Shown piece by piece: positions 38,630-52,400 of a stretch of 64,000 nt of DNA. Position 1 is the first letter of the stretch, and every line of letters begins with the position of its first letter. Where the stretch lies: assembly GCA_046563655.1 (NCBI GenBank), contig CM102286.1:2976001-3040000 (forward strand), written 5' to 3'. The stretch is from Yuukianura sp. NJ FZ-2021. Taxonomy: Eukaryota. The position numbers and the translations under genes are program-made. The notes below the pieces were generated by a model. That model had not been told where the DNA came from and ran no database searches. It saw nothing but the letters and a program-made list of their open reading frames with translations.

Positions 38630-40079
38630 TTAAGTCCAAGGAAACTCCGGATGTTTGTCAACCCTGAAAGTGAAAGGCAAAAATGCATCACTTGGCACCA
38701 AGTCAGAGTTGTTTGGTTATTAAAAAATTTAGCCAGAGCTTACCCAGAAAATATCTCAGAAAGAATCGCTCTACTCATGTGTGTTTTTGTTGGATCGTCC
38801 AATTTCTGTAGAAGAGTCATATCTTCTGGATCCAAATTAAAAAAGCACGACTAAAAAAAAGTTAAATGTTTCTGTGTTGTTAAATGCCCGACTAAAAATG
38901 TTTGCAAACTCAAGTAAAAGTTATTCTTAAGTTGAAAATTTTCTAGCATACCTTGATGGACGTTTTGATATCATACGGGTTTAGACATTTAGGAATAGCA
39001 ATAATTCCAGATTGAATCAAAAAGCGGAGTACAATTTGTGTCGGCGTCTTGCCGTATTTTCGGCCAATTTCCTGCACGACTGGATCTTTTGTGACTTTGT
39101 GTTGATTGTGCTCCCTAAAATCAAAAATTAAAAGCTAAGCAATAATGCAATGCAATCTAAAAAATGCATCAAATTTTGTTTGTTTTAACTAACTCTGCCG
39201 AAGTGTCCAATTCCGTCATGTCAAGGAGTCCGAGAGGTCCGTAGGCACAAATTGCGATTCCTTTCTTTTTGCAATAGTTTTGAATTTTCTCTTGTTGGAA
39301 GTAAATGTTAATTTCTGTTTGAAGTAACGCTGGTGGAATTGTGGCACAATTTAAAATTCGATCTAGCTGTTCTTCGTTGAAGTCACAAACACCAATGGAC
39401 CGAGTGCGTCCTACTTTCACTTCCTTTTCCATAGCTTTCCAAATTGGTTCGAGATGTGTTTTGTCCAAAAGTACTCGTCCATCGGCATCTCGTGGTAGAG
39501 AAGTGGCATCAGCTGAGGACTGAATTCCTACTGGAAACTGAATGAGGTACAGGTCAATGTACTCCATTTCAAGTGACTTAAGGGCCTCTCGGAGGTATTC
39601 GTTCACACGGTAAGGCCACATAGCCGTTAAGGGTAACTAGGAAAAAATAGTTTTCTGAAATTAATACTTTTTTAATTCATCTTAAATGTTTACAATTTTG
39701 AACGCATTTTAACATTTACTAACCTTTGACACAATAAAGAGTTCTTCTCTCTTGACCTTCCCACTCTGAATCCACGATTTGAGGGCTCTGCCAATTGCTT
39801 TGTCATTGTGTGGCGTTGTGTCAAAATGACGATACCCCGCTGCTAAACCAATTTCCACTGCGGCTTCAATTGTACTAGCATCGTCACTCACCTTTCAATT
39901 TATAAAAGAGCAATTTCGAGTTTTTCAAAAAAATAGAACTTCATAAAATTTGACAAAAAAATATAATTGCAACAATTTGATTTGTATCTGAAACTCACCT
40001 GCCAAGCGCCCAGGCCAAGACCAATCACAGGAATTGAGGCACCGCAAGACAATTGTTGCGTTGGGACATTTCCATCCAT
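38630..40079 (-). CDS. Aldo-keto reductase family protein with altered catalytic tetrad, multi-exon
   Basis: IPVIGLG, GYRHFDT, VKREELFIVSK, SLEMEYIDLYLIQFP, GRTRSIGVCDF, YGKTPTQIVLRFLIQ, terminal HPEFPW*. Confidence 0.9.
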
Positions 40080-40880
40080 TCTTGTTTAATTTTTTTTTTA
40101 AATCAAACTAGATTTCAAAAACTCACCTTGACTGAAATGATTAAATTGTTCTAGAATTGCTTTCACTAGCAAGCGTGTTCATTTAATCCGTTAAGCTATT
40201 AGCAAAATAAGTCGAATTGAAATTACTATTTATGTGAATCTGTCACGATAAAACTGGAGATAATCCTTGAGAGTGGCTTAATTCCGTATACTTATACTAG
40301 AAACACGTGAAATACTTTCAGCATGATGTCAATTTGCACTTTTGTGGACTGCAGTACTTGAGGAAAAGGCAAATCGATCATGCGCTACTTCAAGCCTTTT
40401 TTGTTGGTTTTTCTCTGGAGTTGTCTGATGTAACTTTAGTCGTGCAAATGGAATATTTGGAAAACGAAATTTTGGAAAAGTGCGTTTTGATTTAGGATGA
40501 TACCGCTTTCCTAATCTCCATCACGGTGTGAATCAGTTTGTCCGGACGAGCATCCACATTTGTCCTGCTCATGAAGTGACAAGTTGCGTTGTTGATTTTT
40601 GGATTTCACACAGAGATTAAGTTGTTTGACAAAAGATCGATAACGCAATTAGTGTTGCTGTCATTCTGTGCTAAAAACGTGTCCTGCTGCTGACTAAAAA
40701 GTGGGAGATTTTGCAACTCCAACAAAAGTTGTGTTGGACGAAATGAGATTTTTATTTAGAATCGTTTTTGTAGAATTGTAAATTATGGCATTTATTAAGT
40801 ACAGCCAGAGTGAAAGTGTTGTGCGATTATGAAGCGAAAATAAGTTTCGAAGATGACTAGATTCTCCCAAAAAGGCGATG

Positions 40881-43800
40881 TTAATCGTCAATTTCGCAAT
40901 CTGAGGCTATCCGAGGAGTATATGAGCCGCTGAATTGTTGATTCCACATTGAGGCATAAACGCCATCTTTGTCCAACAAACCTTCGTGGCTGAAATATTT
41001 AAATAAAAATAATTTGAAACGTAATTGAATGTGAATTGAAATGTATTTGAAGCATCTTTGAATATTTTCTGGTTCTTACGATCCGGATTCAACAACAGAT
41101 CCTTCGTCAAGTACAAAGATTGTATCAACATTGACAATAGTTGACAAGCGATGGGCAATGATAATCGTAGTTCTGTTTTCATAAAGTGATTCCAACGTTC
41201 CCTGAATTTGTTTTTCCGTTTCAGTGTCCAGTGATGAAGTGGCTTCATCCAGAACCATAATTGGTGGATTTCTTAAAATCGCCCGCGCAATTGCGACTCT
41301 TTGTTTTTCACCGCCACTGAGCTTCAGCCCACGATTTCCGACTTCAGTTTCATATTTCTCTGGAAACGAAGTTATGCGATCGTGAAGCGACGCTGCTTTG
41401 GCGGCTTCTTCAATTTCTTCATCCGTGGCGTCCATTTTTGCATACTGAATGTTAGTTCTAACAAAAAATTTTAAGTTTAAAAAAAAATCAGCGAAGTGAG
41501 CTCGGCTTTTCGAAAATTTCGTTTTTAGTTACGACTTACTTGATTGTGTCTGAGAACAAAACGACTTCTTGTGGCACAACGCCAATTGCCTTACGCAAAG
41601 ACAAAGACTTCACTTTTTTGATTGGTTGTCCATTGACCAAAATGTCTCCAGAAGTCGTATCGTAAAACCGAAAGAGAAGTTTGGTCAATGTAGATTTTCC
41701 AGAACCAGATCGACCCACCTAAATTGTGAAATAGAAGTTTGAAATTTTTCAAAATTTTGAATTTTGAAATGATAGACTTACAAAAGCAACAGTGTTTCCC
41801 GCTGGAATGAATATGGTAAGATCTTTTATCACTTCTCGTTCAGGGACATACGAAAACCGGACATTTCTGAACTCAATGGATCCTCCGGTGTTACTAATTT
41901 CCAAATCAGTGGCGTCAGGATCATCAGTCACTTCTGGTTCAAGGTTCAATACGGCTGCAATTTTTTCTACTTCAATGGCATTCTCTTGCAGTCTTCTAAA
42001 AATTTCAAAAAACACGTTTTCATAGTCAGATTTTCAAAATTTGAAATTATAATTTAATTTTACTTGTAAAATTGAATGAACGAGTCCACTGGCCAAAGAA
42101 TCGAAGTAAAAACACTTCTAAAGTAGAGGTAGTCTCCAGCAGTAAGTCCATCTCCACCCAGTACTGACTTGACTACAATCAGAATCACAAGTACTTCTGC
42201 GCCGACGCGAACAAACTCCCGGGCAACTTGAAAAACGTGTGAAAAGACCATTTCAGATATTGCTTTGTCCTTTTCTTCAAAATACGCTTGCTCGTACTTC
42301 TTCTTTTCATATTCTTCGTTTGTAAAGTACTTCATGGTTTCATAATTTTCAAAAGTAGAACTCCGAGAGGTCCTTGTGTTACTTTCTGCTTCTTTCATTT
42401 CTTCCAAAGCTCTATCCTGACGTCGGACAACAAAAAAATCGATCATGCATGACAAAACACCGGTCAAAATGACGACAGACGACAATGAAAAGTTGTAGTA
42501 GCGAAGCATGTAGGCCATTGCTACAAACATATTGATAGTTTCAGGAATTAACCATGATGCAGTACTGATGATGTCTTGTAAAATGTAGGGAGATGAAGTC
42601 ATCATGCTAAAAATTTCGCTGCTTTGGTTTTCCAAGTGCCAGCGGAGACTCAGGTTTTGCAATTTTGAAAACATTGCCAACTGTGTGTCCCAAAATTAAA
42701 TCAAGTTTAACTAACTTGTTGCAAATTTAGTGCTCAATTTTTAAAAAATTCTAAAAAGTTTGTTCTTTTTTGAAAATTTACCTGTAGTTTACTGCAAGAT
42801 TCATTTTGGGTTTGTTCTTCCAAGTAATATTTGACTACCCACAGTATGCTGGAGTCAAAAAATTTCAGTGCATAGAAAATCAAAATAAAATCCCAACGAA
42901 ATTCAAGACGAACGGTGCCAAATTGATTCAGAATTCCTCCGCCAGTGTTAGCATTTGAGCCAGTACTGCTCGTGTTTGAAGAATTTCCAACTTCGAGATT
43001 CAAACTGTCAACTGAAATTGAATTCAGTTACTAAAATTGCGAATTTAAAAACACCATTTTCAAAAAATATAGCAAAAAAATTACCGATTTTCATCGAGTA
43101 CATGTCCTGATAAAAGCTTGTTGCTGATCCAAGCAAAGTTGAAATTAAAAACAATACTCCGCAAACTATGCCTTTTGTAGAAGTGGGCACCAAATATTCA
43201 CGAAGCGGGTAAAATTTTTCGATTGTTGACAAAATTCCTTTTGGTTTTTGCTTTTCTTTCTCCTCGTCTTCATCATTTGCTTTCTCTTTGTTGTTGTCTT
43301 TATCTTTTTCTTTCTTTTCCAAAGGTTTCATCGGTTCGTAAATGAAAACCAGCAGGATGATGAGGCGTAGAATGAAAAATTTCAAATCTCCCGCCCAGTC
43401 TAGGCCCCATAACAGTTCTTGAGTAAATTTTAAAGTCGTGGCGATTAGCAATGTAGCTGGATAAATGTACGTGGAGTAGATGCTTGTAACTTCCTGATTG
43501 AGTGACAACTTGTAGTTGGCCTTGACATAGGTCATCATTCCCGCCAGTGGAATCATGACCATTGAAATCATGACGCCTAAGTGGGAAACGTTCCAACCAC
43601 TTGCAATTTCTTTTAGCCCCAACAGTGCCAAAATGATAAGGCACGACATCTAGCAAAAGCAAAGTGTTTGGTAAAACGTGGTATTTTTAGCCTAGTTCAA
43701 AAAAAAAAAAAAAAATAGCACGAATTTTTGGTTCCAAAAAATTTTACCTTCCGAGTGTACCCAAGTTTCCCTTCTTGTAGCTCATGAGGAGCCAAATGAA

Positions 43801-43918
43801 TTCCATAGCGACAAAATTGCACCAATTTTTTGGTTTCGATGGTAACGATGATGCCGAGTATCAGACTGGACACTGGCCAAAGCAATGCCGATGTGGAAAG
43901 CCATGCGGAGAAGATCAT
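40881..43918 (-). CDS. ABCB6/HMT-1-like ABC half-transporter, multi-exon
   Basis: N-terminal extra TM region, ABC TM domain (NYETMKYF), Walker [23 protein letters not shown], signature [14 protein letters not shown], Walker [19 protein letters not shown]. Confidence 0.9.
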
Positions 43919-44181
43919 TTTGATCTTCTCTAGTCTTTAGTTACTCGCCCTTGAACATACAACTTTTGATGTCAAAATTTGAGGTTTAAATACTAGAAAA
44001 CAAGAAAGGACGACTTTGACGTAAGTTCCATCGTTGTTCACCAGAACGATTAAGTTCGTCACACAGAAAACGTTTTTGGATGAGTTGGACTCCACTGTGC
44101 ATGTTACAGTTGTTGAGAATGGAGTGGACCAAAACTTTTAGACGTAAGAGCATAACTCTGCCGGCTTTGGTAGGTTTTCGT

Positions 44182-44801
44182 CGTAGCAACCCATAATCGC
44201 CGAACCAAAAACCGCCGCTCCAATAACCGCCGCTCAATAATCGCCGAAAAAATAACCGCCGCCATGCAAAAACCGCCGCCAGGAAAAATCGCCGCTACAA
44301 TAACCGCCGCCACCCAAAAACCGCCGCCATTCAGAAACCGCGGCCACTCAGAAAGGGTTCAAAGGACCAGTTGGTTCAATGCCGATTAGTTTGGCACAAA
44401 ATTGTTTTATTTTCCCGCGCCGAAGGCGCGGTGTTAGGTTTGGTAAAAACCCGCAATACTGATTACGTCTGTAGGTTCTATTGTCTGGTTAAAATAGTTG
44501 GCGTGTTGCTTTTGATGTTGGTGGGTACAAATGTACTACCGGTCCGATGGGTACAATTGGTGGGTTCAATTCCATCATCGGCAGAAAAATTTGGACTGGT
44601 GGGTACTGTCTGGTCGCCCAAGTTTAATTCGACCGATTTTTCAATATATGAATCCTGGTGGCGATTTTCATGGCGGCGATTATTGCAGCGGCGGTTCTGC
44701 CTAGCGGCGGTTTTTGCATGGCGGCGGTTATTTTTTCGGCGATTATTGAGCGGCGGTTATTGGAACGGCGGTTTTTGGTTCGGCGGTTATGACATGGAAC
44801 C
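44182..44801. mobile_element. Non-autonomous foldback element: minisatellite-built subterminal inverted arms, asymmetric tips, 8-bp TSD
   Basis: Arms at about 44192-44350 and 44657-44791 built from ~15-16 bp AAYCGCCG units; direct repeat GTTTTCGT at 44174-44181 and 44802-44809; internal CGCGCCGAAGGCGCG hairpin. Confidence 0.85.
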
Positions 44802-45986
44802 GTTTTCGTGACTCAACTTCTACTTTTGCCAAAAAAAGAGAGCAGTTCAAGGTTAGTATTGATTTGCCAAATGCGCATAGTTTTGCACAAGGAAAAAGCA
44901 CAGGTTTTCTCTCAATCCGGATTCTGAGCATCACACGCAACATGCGCGTAGGCAGCTTCAAAAACTCTGCAAAGTTTTGTGTACGCAATATGTTTTACAG
45001 AGATACCACATCTTTTTTCAGCATTTTGACACTACATTACTAAAAAATTTGTGTTAAAAAACTAATACTTTTTTATCGAGTATATTTATAAAAAGCGCTC
45101 ATTTAAAATACCCACCGATTTTTCTTTGTGTTTTTTCATAAAGTCTTTTTCAAAAAACTTGTTTCCATTCCGTGTTGGTATTGTGTTCCCAAGTGTGTAT
45201 GAACCTGGTAAAATTTGAATGTTTTTTAGTAAACAAAGTAGCAACTTACGATAAAGTCAATTATAATTCCCAAGATACACTTTTCTAGCCCGATTTAAAC
45301 TATTTAAACTGTACCGTTCTTTGGTTTTCTAAAACGCATGATAAAATTAGGAAATCATGATCATGAAAAGGATCATGAAAATAATTAGGCACATATAGTA
45401 AAGATTTATTATTTTTAATATTATAATGCAATTTACTACTGTATCGGTTAATTCCCGCTGACGAGTAACAATCCAAGTTGAAATGCTACCATAAAAAGTG
45501 TTATATCTTTGGAATGGTAGCACAAAAAATAAAAAATATTTTTAGTAGTACCTACATATATGATTTTAGGTTAAACATAATTGATTTCGGCATATTTTTT
45601 TTCGCATTTACTGCGTCTTATGCCGTCTTCAAATCGAAAGGTTTTGGTTTTTGCTCCAAATTCAAACTGTAGTATTTGAAAATCAACTACCCTTTAGTTC
45701 CACATGCAAAATATCCATAAATGTACAATGTCTAAGGACTATGAATATGCTTAACATTCACAAAATAAATATCATGAGCAAAGTCCCTATAGACCACATG
45801 TATTTAATCTCTACTCGATTACTCGTTCGAACTGAAAAACAATCAAAATAAAATTTCCCAAGAGAAATGTGCTTATCCTCGGAGAAAAAAGAAACTTTTA
45901 AAAAATATTTTGCCAAAAGCACCAGAATTTTCCAACTTCGCCTCAGTTTTGAAGGCAAAACACTGCGAGCAGTATTTTTACATGAA

Positions 45987-48406
45987 ATGTTAAAGAACTT
46001 CGCACGCCTTATTCTGTTGACACTCTCCAGAGTCAGCGGTTACTTCATTTACCTTGACCCATTCTTAACCCACACGACTTCCTGTTATACCCACCTTATC
46101 GTCCACGACGACCGTTTGGATTTTGTGGCACACGCTTACCCAATTGCAATTTCATCCAAAGATGGTCCACTTTCTCATAGGATTGATGCTGCTTGTAGGC
46201 CACACATCAGTAATGTTTGTACCTATGAAGGTTGTCGACGGTACTTGCTTGGAACTATGGATGATACAAACGACGGACTATGTGAACCGGTGAAACTGAA
46301 TTTTTTTCAAAAACAAATCACATGCTTGTCTGTCAGTTTGGTTCTGCCCAACTCAAACACCGACAGACAACAGATCAGTGATTACATCAGTAAGCACTGG
46401 AGTAACTACGGATGGCAAGACGAGGGAGTTGCTGTTAAACCTCATGAAGTGGGTGCAGACGAAAACATACAACGAGTCGTACACCGTGACAATATGGACT
46501 TGTTTCCGGACAAAATTTTTGTACAAGTATTTTTTCTCCCTGAACAAACAAGAATTGGTAAGTTTTTTCACAAATTTTGTGCTGCGACATAGATTAAAGC
46601 GGAAAGAACGCGCAGTTACTATGTTCTCTGCGACTCTAGAACCGTTTTGTTTAAAAACGAGCGAAGTAGACGAAAAGCTGTTTGGAAGTCTACCTACACT
46701 TGTGTACTATCTAAAAGCTCAAAATTCTGAACATGGGGACCAAGAATTAAGAATGAAGAGCATTTTCCTTCAACTGGGATGCAAATTATTTCAAGCCGCA
46801 AAACAAACAACAGCATCCTGTAAGTTGCTAAAACTAAAGTATAACTAAATCTAAAAAATCTTATGTCAAAGTATTGCGATTTGTAGTGGAGATGGCGCCG
46901 CTTACGAAGACAATCATTGAAAAAACAAATAGGAAGCTGTTTGTGGAAAACGTTAACATTTTATTTCGAATCAGCACAAGTTTGAAGGAGCACAAAAATG
47001 GAATATCTTTTGGAAAATTTGTAGCATCCTACTTTAATCGATCCTGGTATGATCGAAAACATAAAAGCCGCAAGTCGAAGAAGCCATATTTTGAATTCAA
47101 AGTCAAGTACAGTCCAATCAACATGAATTACGTGGGAGACTCTGTTCATATTTTCCAATTTGCAGAAGAATTGACACAGTCGATTTTAAGTTGCTCTGGA
47201 CTTCGTATCAACTCTAACTTTGATGATCTGACAAAACCATATGAAACTTCAGTTTGGATCGCAGGAATTTGCTGTTTTGTTACAATTTCAATTTTTATGA
47301 AATTTCTTTGTCCTTCTCCGGATTCAGTGTGGCTTGTAATTGTTTCACTTTTATTGGAACAATCTTTGCCAATTTCACAAAAGTTGGAAAAGTTGATCAA
47401 GTTTCGATACTTTTTTGGCGCGTTTTTGTTGGTGGTTGTTGTTTTGACAGAGGGTTACGAAGGAGTCATTACAACTTCAATTGTCAAACCATTCCCAAAA
47501 GTTGGATACCAATTTCCAGATGACATAATTCCTCTAAAAGTTCGAGTTTATTTTGAAATACAATCGAATTGGTTGGAACGCGAGTTGCGTAGTTCTTGCA
47601 AGACAAGGTTCAACACACCAATGTTACCTCGATTACAAGATGACGTCATTTACAAGCTTTTTATGTATGTATCTAACTTTTTTGCTTACACAACTGTTGG
47701 TATGTTTGATATAGAGAGAAAAGTCAATTTTATGAACGAAATTCAACGAGTAAAACAGCGCTTTCGAAACATTGATGCGAACAAGGTCAAGGGTCAGTTC
47801 ACTAAGGGTCAAAGGAAGTTAATGAAACTTTTAACACTTTTAGAACTACCTAATTGTCCAAAAGAGAATGGTCCTTTTGTGTTTGATCCGATCCCACTTT
47901 TACTAAAATGCAACAATAGCGTTTCTATTCTTAACACTGTTGAAGCAAACGAGTTGCTCTTTGAAGCGGAACGAAATCCAGCAACTTACAAAAACTTGTA
48001 CAAGTTGCCTGATAAAAATGTTTTGGAAATTATACCTCCTGTACTTTATGGGTACAGTGTCAGTGGGATGCAATTTTTAAAACAAATTTTCAAACCACCA
48101 ATGGCAACTTACGTAGAATGTGGATTCCAGAAGTACTGGAAGGCCGACGAGTTGAGAAAGCTAAGGTTTGAAAGTATTAAAAAAGTAAGAAATGCTGATC
48201 GTACGCAGCAAACTTTTGAAAAAGGTCCTGAAATTTTATCATTTAGTACTAAAGCCAGCGTTGTATTTGCTGTTCAGGGAATCGGATTGGCATTGGCGTC
48301 TACTTTGTTTATTATTGAGCTATTGAAGTTTTACAACACAGCACCGAGGTCAATGTGGAAAACATTTAAATATATGAGAGTACGAATCATAATTATCGAC
48401 CATTGA
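45987..48406 (+). CDS. Divergent ionotropic receptor (IR)-like protein
   Basis: Signal-like N-terminus; LTKPYETSVW plus M1, LLLEQS, M2 ending VLTEGYEGVITTSIVKP, YVECGF, terminal TM. Intron 46821-46886 joins in frame; proposed first intron 46558-46615 has a weak acceptor. Confidence 0.75.
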
Positions 48407-48655
48407 GTTCAAAATTGCCGTAGTTAGATTAGTATAAATAGCATTTAGTGTGAACAGAATCATAGAATAAGTAAAATATTTAAAAAGTTTACTTCTTTAC
48501 TACGGTTTAACTTTAAAGAATTAAATGATTTAACGCCACTTTTATCCTGAGTTTTTAAAATTTGATTTATTTTTTGTTCCAATGTAAGTATCACTATCAA
48601 TTCAAACTTTCGAATAAAGACAAATGTTTTCCCCACTTTCAATTTTTGAAAAAGA

Positions 48656-49463
48656 TTATCGGCGCCGCGTGACCATTCGTTGTCTGACAATCTCCAGTGC
48701 TTTCACATCTTCTTCACTTTCATTTTCATCGCTATCGACTGCTGTACATCCAATCCGTGCTGATTTTGCGGTGGAAATGTCCCAGGAAGATTCGACTTCA
48801 TAGAAATTCCATACCACACAAATCCCACCATAGCAAAATTCTTCTGGTTGAAGACAGATGGAGTCTCCAGTGTAATTTCCACCCTTAAAAAACTCAACAT
48901 TTGTGTTAATTGTGATCATTCCAGCCAGATCGAAGTTAATTTCAGGAAATCCAGTCTCCATCAAATGATCTTCTCCTTGTAAAGATTCGGTAGAGTAAAA
49001 AGTAGCTGAAGGGAGACTGTTATTCACAGTATTTCCAACCGGGCGTGCAGAAAGAATCAAGTCAACGTCATCAATTGATTGCGTCCGAGTACAATCTGTG
49101 TCTTGTAAAGTAACGCCAACGGAACCCATGCCATCTTCCATGCCGAATTTGTAATTTATTCCGTCATAGAAAACCCACCTTAAGATCAAAAGTACTTCAA
49201 ATTTACTTCACTGAATTCTTATGTTGTGAATGTTTGTGTAAAATTTCTTAGTTTGTGTAATCAACATAAAAGTAATGAAAGTTTACTTACACTCCCTTGT
49301 TGCATTGGAAAGCTGCAGGATTTGGAGGTAAACTGGAATTGGCGGATGTCAGCGTCAAGCTAAGACCGTCATAGTAGATCAGAGTAAACTCCGATGGAGA
49401 TGCGTAGCTCGTGCCAAAAAATCCAAAACTAAAAGTTACGAAAAGAACAAATATTTTCATCAT
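48656..49463 (-). CDS. Secreted beta/gamma-crystallin-like protein, 2 exons
   Basis: Exons 49463-49291 and 49178-48656. Signal MMKIFVLFVTFSFGFFGTSYA; Greek-key-like motifs GVWVFYDGINY, SARPVG, TFYSTESLQGE, FFKGGNYTGDSICL, SARIGC. Confidence 0.65.
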
Positions 49464-52400
49464 TTTGAAATTGAGGTAAAAAAAAAGTTTACAGCAAATG
49501 AGTAAAAATGGTTTTCAAATTCCGAATCCACTGTTTTTAAAACGAAAAAGATAGATTTTTGAAGCTATGTTGAAGAATAAGAAATAGAGGCTAATGTTAT
49601 TTCAAATTAACAAAAATCGTGATGATTTGCTTTGAACTAATTAGCCTCAATTTCAGCTAGATAACTCATAAATTAGAAATTCTCGTCGCGCTCAATTCGT
49701 AACATCAAAATCTAGTTTCTAGAATTACTTAAGTTTAAGTTACAATTTGTTCCTACAAATTTCTTCCAGTTTTGTGACTTACTAAAGTAGACAGTTTCTT
49801 TTTTCGTGAAGCTGTTGATTACATAAAGCCATCTTCCTTTTTTTTTGTAATTTCACATGGGTTCACAATTTTGTTTTCAAACGCGATGCTTGGTAATACC
49901 TTCAAAGCGGGATCATCATCCAGTTAATTTTAGCAGCAGATTTTCATTAGAGCACAAAATGAGTGGAATTATCCAAAGCTCAAGCATAATTTTGAAATTT
50001 GAAAGCCCATTTAAATTTAGAACTCTCCAAATAAAATTCAGGCTCATCCTATTACTAACTAGAGTTTTAAGCTCAAAGTAGGCCAAAAAATCTACTTTTA
50101 CTTTTGAAGTTTTGTTTTAACCACCGTAATAGCAGAGGGTTTTTGGACTTCGATGTTACTTTGAAAGCCTCTTCCAGTGTTTTGTGGAACAAAGACGCCC
50201 TGGAGTTAATGATGAGCCTGAAGTCCTAATCGCTGATTCTGACTCCGCCCTCCCTTTGTTTTGGTCCTAAATCCCTTTGTCCTTATGGACATTTCCTAAA
50301 TCTCTTCAAAGGGAATTCAATTCCTCTCTGCATTGGGAAGAGCAAGAGAAAGTAGTTGGACTCAAATCTGTTTTCTTCCTTGCATCCAGCACTACTGATG
50401 ACTGGCTTCCAGTAAGCAGTAGTAGATTGGACATGAAGAGAAAGTAAAAAGCTTCCAGTGGGAAATTCAAACAGAACGGAGGAGAAAGCGCATGAGTTTC
50501 ATATTTGCCTGGCATTTAAAGAACTTTCACCGGGAATCACATGCCAGTATTTCCCGGCATTTGGAAGAAGAAACTACCAACCCCTTTGCAGGCTCTTGAA
50601 CTGCATTTACTTCCACGTGCTTCAAACCTTTTAAGCTTAAAAGCATTTCAGAAGATCAAAAAATTCAGGAGCTGAGGAAGAAATCATTCACTCCGAGGTA
50701 AGGTTTTCATAAATTCAACTTCATGCATCATGCATCACACATTTTTCCTGTTTGCTTATAGTGGTTGAATGTAGTTTCATAAAAAAGCGGATGTAGGCGT
50801 AGACTACAAATCATAAAAACAGAAATCAATCAACTTGAACAGAGTGTAATAAAAATAATAGCACCACTCGCATTTCATGCATTTTTAATTTCGGTATTTG
50901 GAATACGCTTGTTTCGACATAAACTACGTTGGTTTTATTCATTTCCATTAACTATTTCCTTTGACTTAACCCTTTAAATAAAACATTTCATCTGACTTTC
51001 ACTCATCCAGAAGAAGCTGCGAAGTTGCTAATGCACCACGCATAAATTTTAGAACAGTTTTTAAAAATTTTACATTGATTCTTTTTCATTTTACACCTCA
51101 TATTAAAACTCTGAGAATATTCTGAGAGCGGAGAATATTTTGCACACACAAATTAAAGAAAATGTTAGAAATATATTTTAGAATTTGAAAACAACATTTT
51201 TTTAAATTGACATTGATTATCTTGAGCTCTGAGAAAATTAAGTAATCAAGAACAGATTAATTTGAATACACATGTTAAGAAAAAACGTGAAAACTTTGTA
51301 TTTAAAGAAAATTATAATTTTGAAAGGTAGATCTGGATTAGATTTCAACGTTGCAGAAAGTTTCCCAATTTCCTTTTGTGTAAATTTCAAATGTCGCAAC
51401 AATTTTGGTGTTAATTTATCTGTGGTAACGAACTCAGAAACTATCTATGGTGTAAGTCTGCCGATTTGATTGAATTAACACTAATGCTCCCTGGGATACG
51501 GAGACGAAGTAAGAATGGATTTTTGATTAGGCTTTAGTTAATTTGGAACCAATCTCACCATGAGTCAATTACGAAAATTGGGTCTTACGTATGCTACCAA
51601 AGTTTTTGCGGAGAAAGGCGAGGATTTTGTTGATGAGGCGTAGCAAACGGGCCCTTGTCACTTCTTGTTAGCAAACTCTCGACCTTCGTTTGCCCCCGGG
51701 ATCTAAGGTCAAAAGAACAGGAAACTGTACGCCTACAATTCACTGTACGCAGTAACTTCCCAGGAAATCTATTTTCTCCACAGCTACACCTACGCTTTCT
51801 ACATTTCTGTACATTTCTGTACCAACAAAAATGTATACTAACTGTCCATCTCACATAAAAGGAGAAAAACTTTCACCAAAACAAAAAAAAAGTTAAAAAC
51901 TGGAGAAATTTTTGTCATAATTTTCGTGTTTTAATTATTTTTTCTTTTGATCCGAACGTGCCATTATCTTATAAGCATCAAATTAAAAATTTATGTTGAT
52001 TAAAAAATATTCCCTGATTTTTCTTATACATTTGTTTTAGTTCTCACGCCTGCCGTGTTTGCTAGTTTTTTTGAAATCATAGGCTAGGAAAGCATTAAAA
52101 TTTACAAAAAGTGTGTAGCCCAGCGAGACGCCAAAGGAGTTTTCCGAGTGTGTTCCATTCCTTTTAGGAAATTATTGGTTTCCAGTCACGTTCCAATTTC
52201 TTGGCACCTTAAGGAAAGAGAAGCCTGAATTTCATTTGGTGACTTCAATTGCTGGAATCTCCATCCCGTCTGTTTGTACTTCCCTAAATCTGGACCTCCT
52301 AAGTCTTCTTGATCCAACTTCAGCACACGACAGAACTTCCAATGAAGGCGAAGTGGCTGGACACTCCGAAGGTGTCTCTGGAGTGACTGGAAAAGTTGAC

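Noticed and set aside
44192..44350. Short periodic repeats resembling a CRISPR array
   Set aside because: Units are ~15-16 bp with no unique spacers, the context is eukaryotic, and there are no cas genes.
43986..44811. ORFs with repeated GG/AA/RR motifs on both strands
   Set aside because: Artefacts of the GC-rich minisatellite arms of the foldback element.
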